A DNA stretch of 64,000 nucleotides from Caldimonas sp. (GTDB lineage Bacteria; Pseudomonadota; Gammaproteobacteria; Burkholderiales; Burkholderiaceae_C): contig DATAYY010000022.1 in assembly GCA_036272325.1 (NCBI GenBank), positions 14,739 through 78,738 on the forward strand. Reading direction: 5' to 3'. Numbering within the stretch: position 1 is the stretch's first letter; each line of letters starts with the position of its first letter. Below are positions 63,207 to 64,000 of this stretch, piece by piece. Under the pieces are notes generated by a model. That model saw nothing but the letters and a program-made list of their open reading frames with translations. It had not been told where the DNA came from and did no database searches. Both the position numbers and the translations under genes were made by a program.

Positions 63207-63860
63207 CTACTTGCTGCGCGCTTGCTGCACCAGCTGCTCGACGACCACGAGCGAACGCTCCTGCGTGCCGGCCTGGCTCGGCGACGTCATCCAGCGGCCG
63301 GCGACGACGAGCGTCGGCACGCTCTCGATCTTGTAGTCGGCGTTCATCTTCTTGGCCCGCGTCACCGACGTGGCGACCGAGAACGACTTGAACGCAGCCA
63401 GGAACTTGCCCGCGTCGACGCCGTTCTTGCCGAGGAAGGCGGCGATGTTTTCGGGCGTGTCGAGGCGCTGCCGCTCGATGTGGATGGCCTGGAAGATCTT
63501 CAGCTGCGCCGCCTGGACTGCGCCGATCGTCTCGAGGGCGTAGTAGGTGTGCATGAAGTTGTCGGCGTTCATGAGGAACGGCACCGGCACGCGCCGCAGC
63601 ACCGCCTCCGGCGTCAGCCGCTTTTCCCAGCCCTCGAGCAACGGCTCGAAGGCGCTGCAGTGCGGGCAGGCGTACGAGAAGAACTCGAGCACTTCCACCT
63701 TGCCGGCCGGCACGTTGGTCGGTTGCGGCGTCTCGACCTTGGTGTAGTCCTTGCCCTCGACCGGGCCGGTGCCTTGCGCAGCGGCGGGGACGAAGGGAGC
63801 GGCGCCGGCGACGCCGGCGAGGAAGAGGGCGGTGGAAAGCTGGCGTCGGTTCATGTTCAT
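63207..63860 (-). CDS. dsbA: Thiol:disulfide interchange protein DsbA
   Basis: EFFSYACPHC, cis-Pro loop ESVP. Confidence 0.95.
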   Translation of the reverse strand: MNMNRRQLSTALFLAGVAGAAPFVPAAAQGTGPVEGKDYTKVETPQPTNVPAGKVEVLEFFSYACPHCSAFEPLLEGWEKRLTPEAVLRRVPVPFLMNADNFMHTYYALETIGAVQAAQLKIFQAIHIERQRLDTPENIAAFLGKNGVDAGKFLAAFKSFSVATSVTRAKKMNADYKIESVPTLVVAGRWMTSPSQAGTQERSLVVVEQLVQQARSK

Positions 63861-63951
63861 GGCAGTGGCAACGGTTGAAGGGCGATTCAGGCCGACACGG
63901 CAAGTTCCCGGCCGCTGCCGGCCGGCGTCCGGGCACCGACGGACGGTGCGC

Positions 63952-63999
63952 TCAACGCGGCTGCACCTTGACGCGGATCGTCGCGACCGGCTGGCCGGA
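63952..63999 (-). CDS. 3' end of a CDS truncated by the window edge
   Basis: SGQPVATIRVKVQPR-TGA; only 15 codons visible, identity unknown. Confidence 0.3.
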   Translation of the reverse strand, partial: SGQPVATIRVKVQPR

Positions 64000-64000
64000 G

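Noticed and set aside
62450-64000. att-site duplication or integrase at tRNA-Thr (and at tRNA-Met, 7676)
   Set aside because: No repeat of either tRNA 3' end noticed and no recombinase in the window

Overview
High-GC (about 70% by eye) betaproteobacterial chromosome segment whose gene content and order fit Burkholderiales (Rubrivivax/Methylibium/Comamonadaceae-like; taxon is inferred). It is almost entirely core genome: about 70 CDS and two tRNAs (Met-CAT, Thr-TGT). Recognisable blocks are hemA-prfA-prmC-grxD-ubiX, miaB, ftsY, ffh, pilS/pilR-like TCS-ampD, nrdAB with tandem NrdR boxes, prmA-accCB, mtgA-aroE-tonB-RNase II family, dusB-fis-purH-ruvC, argB-slmA, hisIE-tatABC, petABC-sspAB and dsbA. 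I found no integrase, transposase, prophage, CRISPR array or recognisable defence system, and no clear-cut new multi-gene system. The best leads are: (1) at least seven genes with a -10-like hexamer 6-7 nt before the ATG and no clear Shine-Dalgarno (candidate leaderless mRNAs); (2) a CdsA/YnbB paralogue that has lost its catalytic signature but is coupled to an intact acyltransferase; (3) a phasin divergent from a two-domain fatty acyl-CoA reductase; (4) a structured leader before a histone H1-like gene; (5) an apparently rearranged argB-to-tatC run with an orphan PdeM and hisIE split from the his operon; (6) a foreign-looking membrane gene abutting tRNA-Thr. Start codons were re-called by hand where the ORF track over-extends. 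Statements about the usual gene order in relatives come from general knowledge, not from a search.
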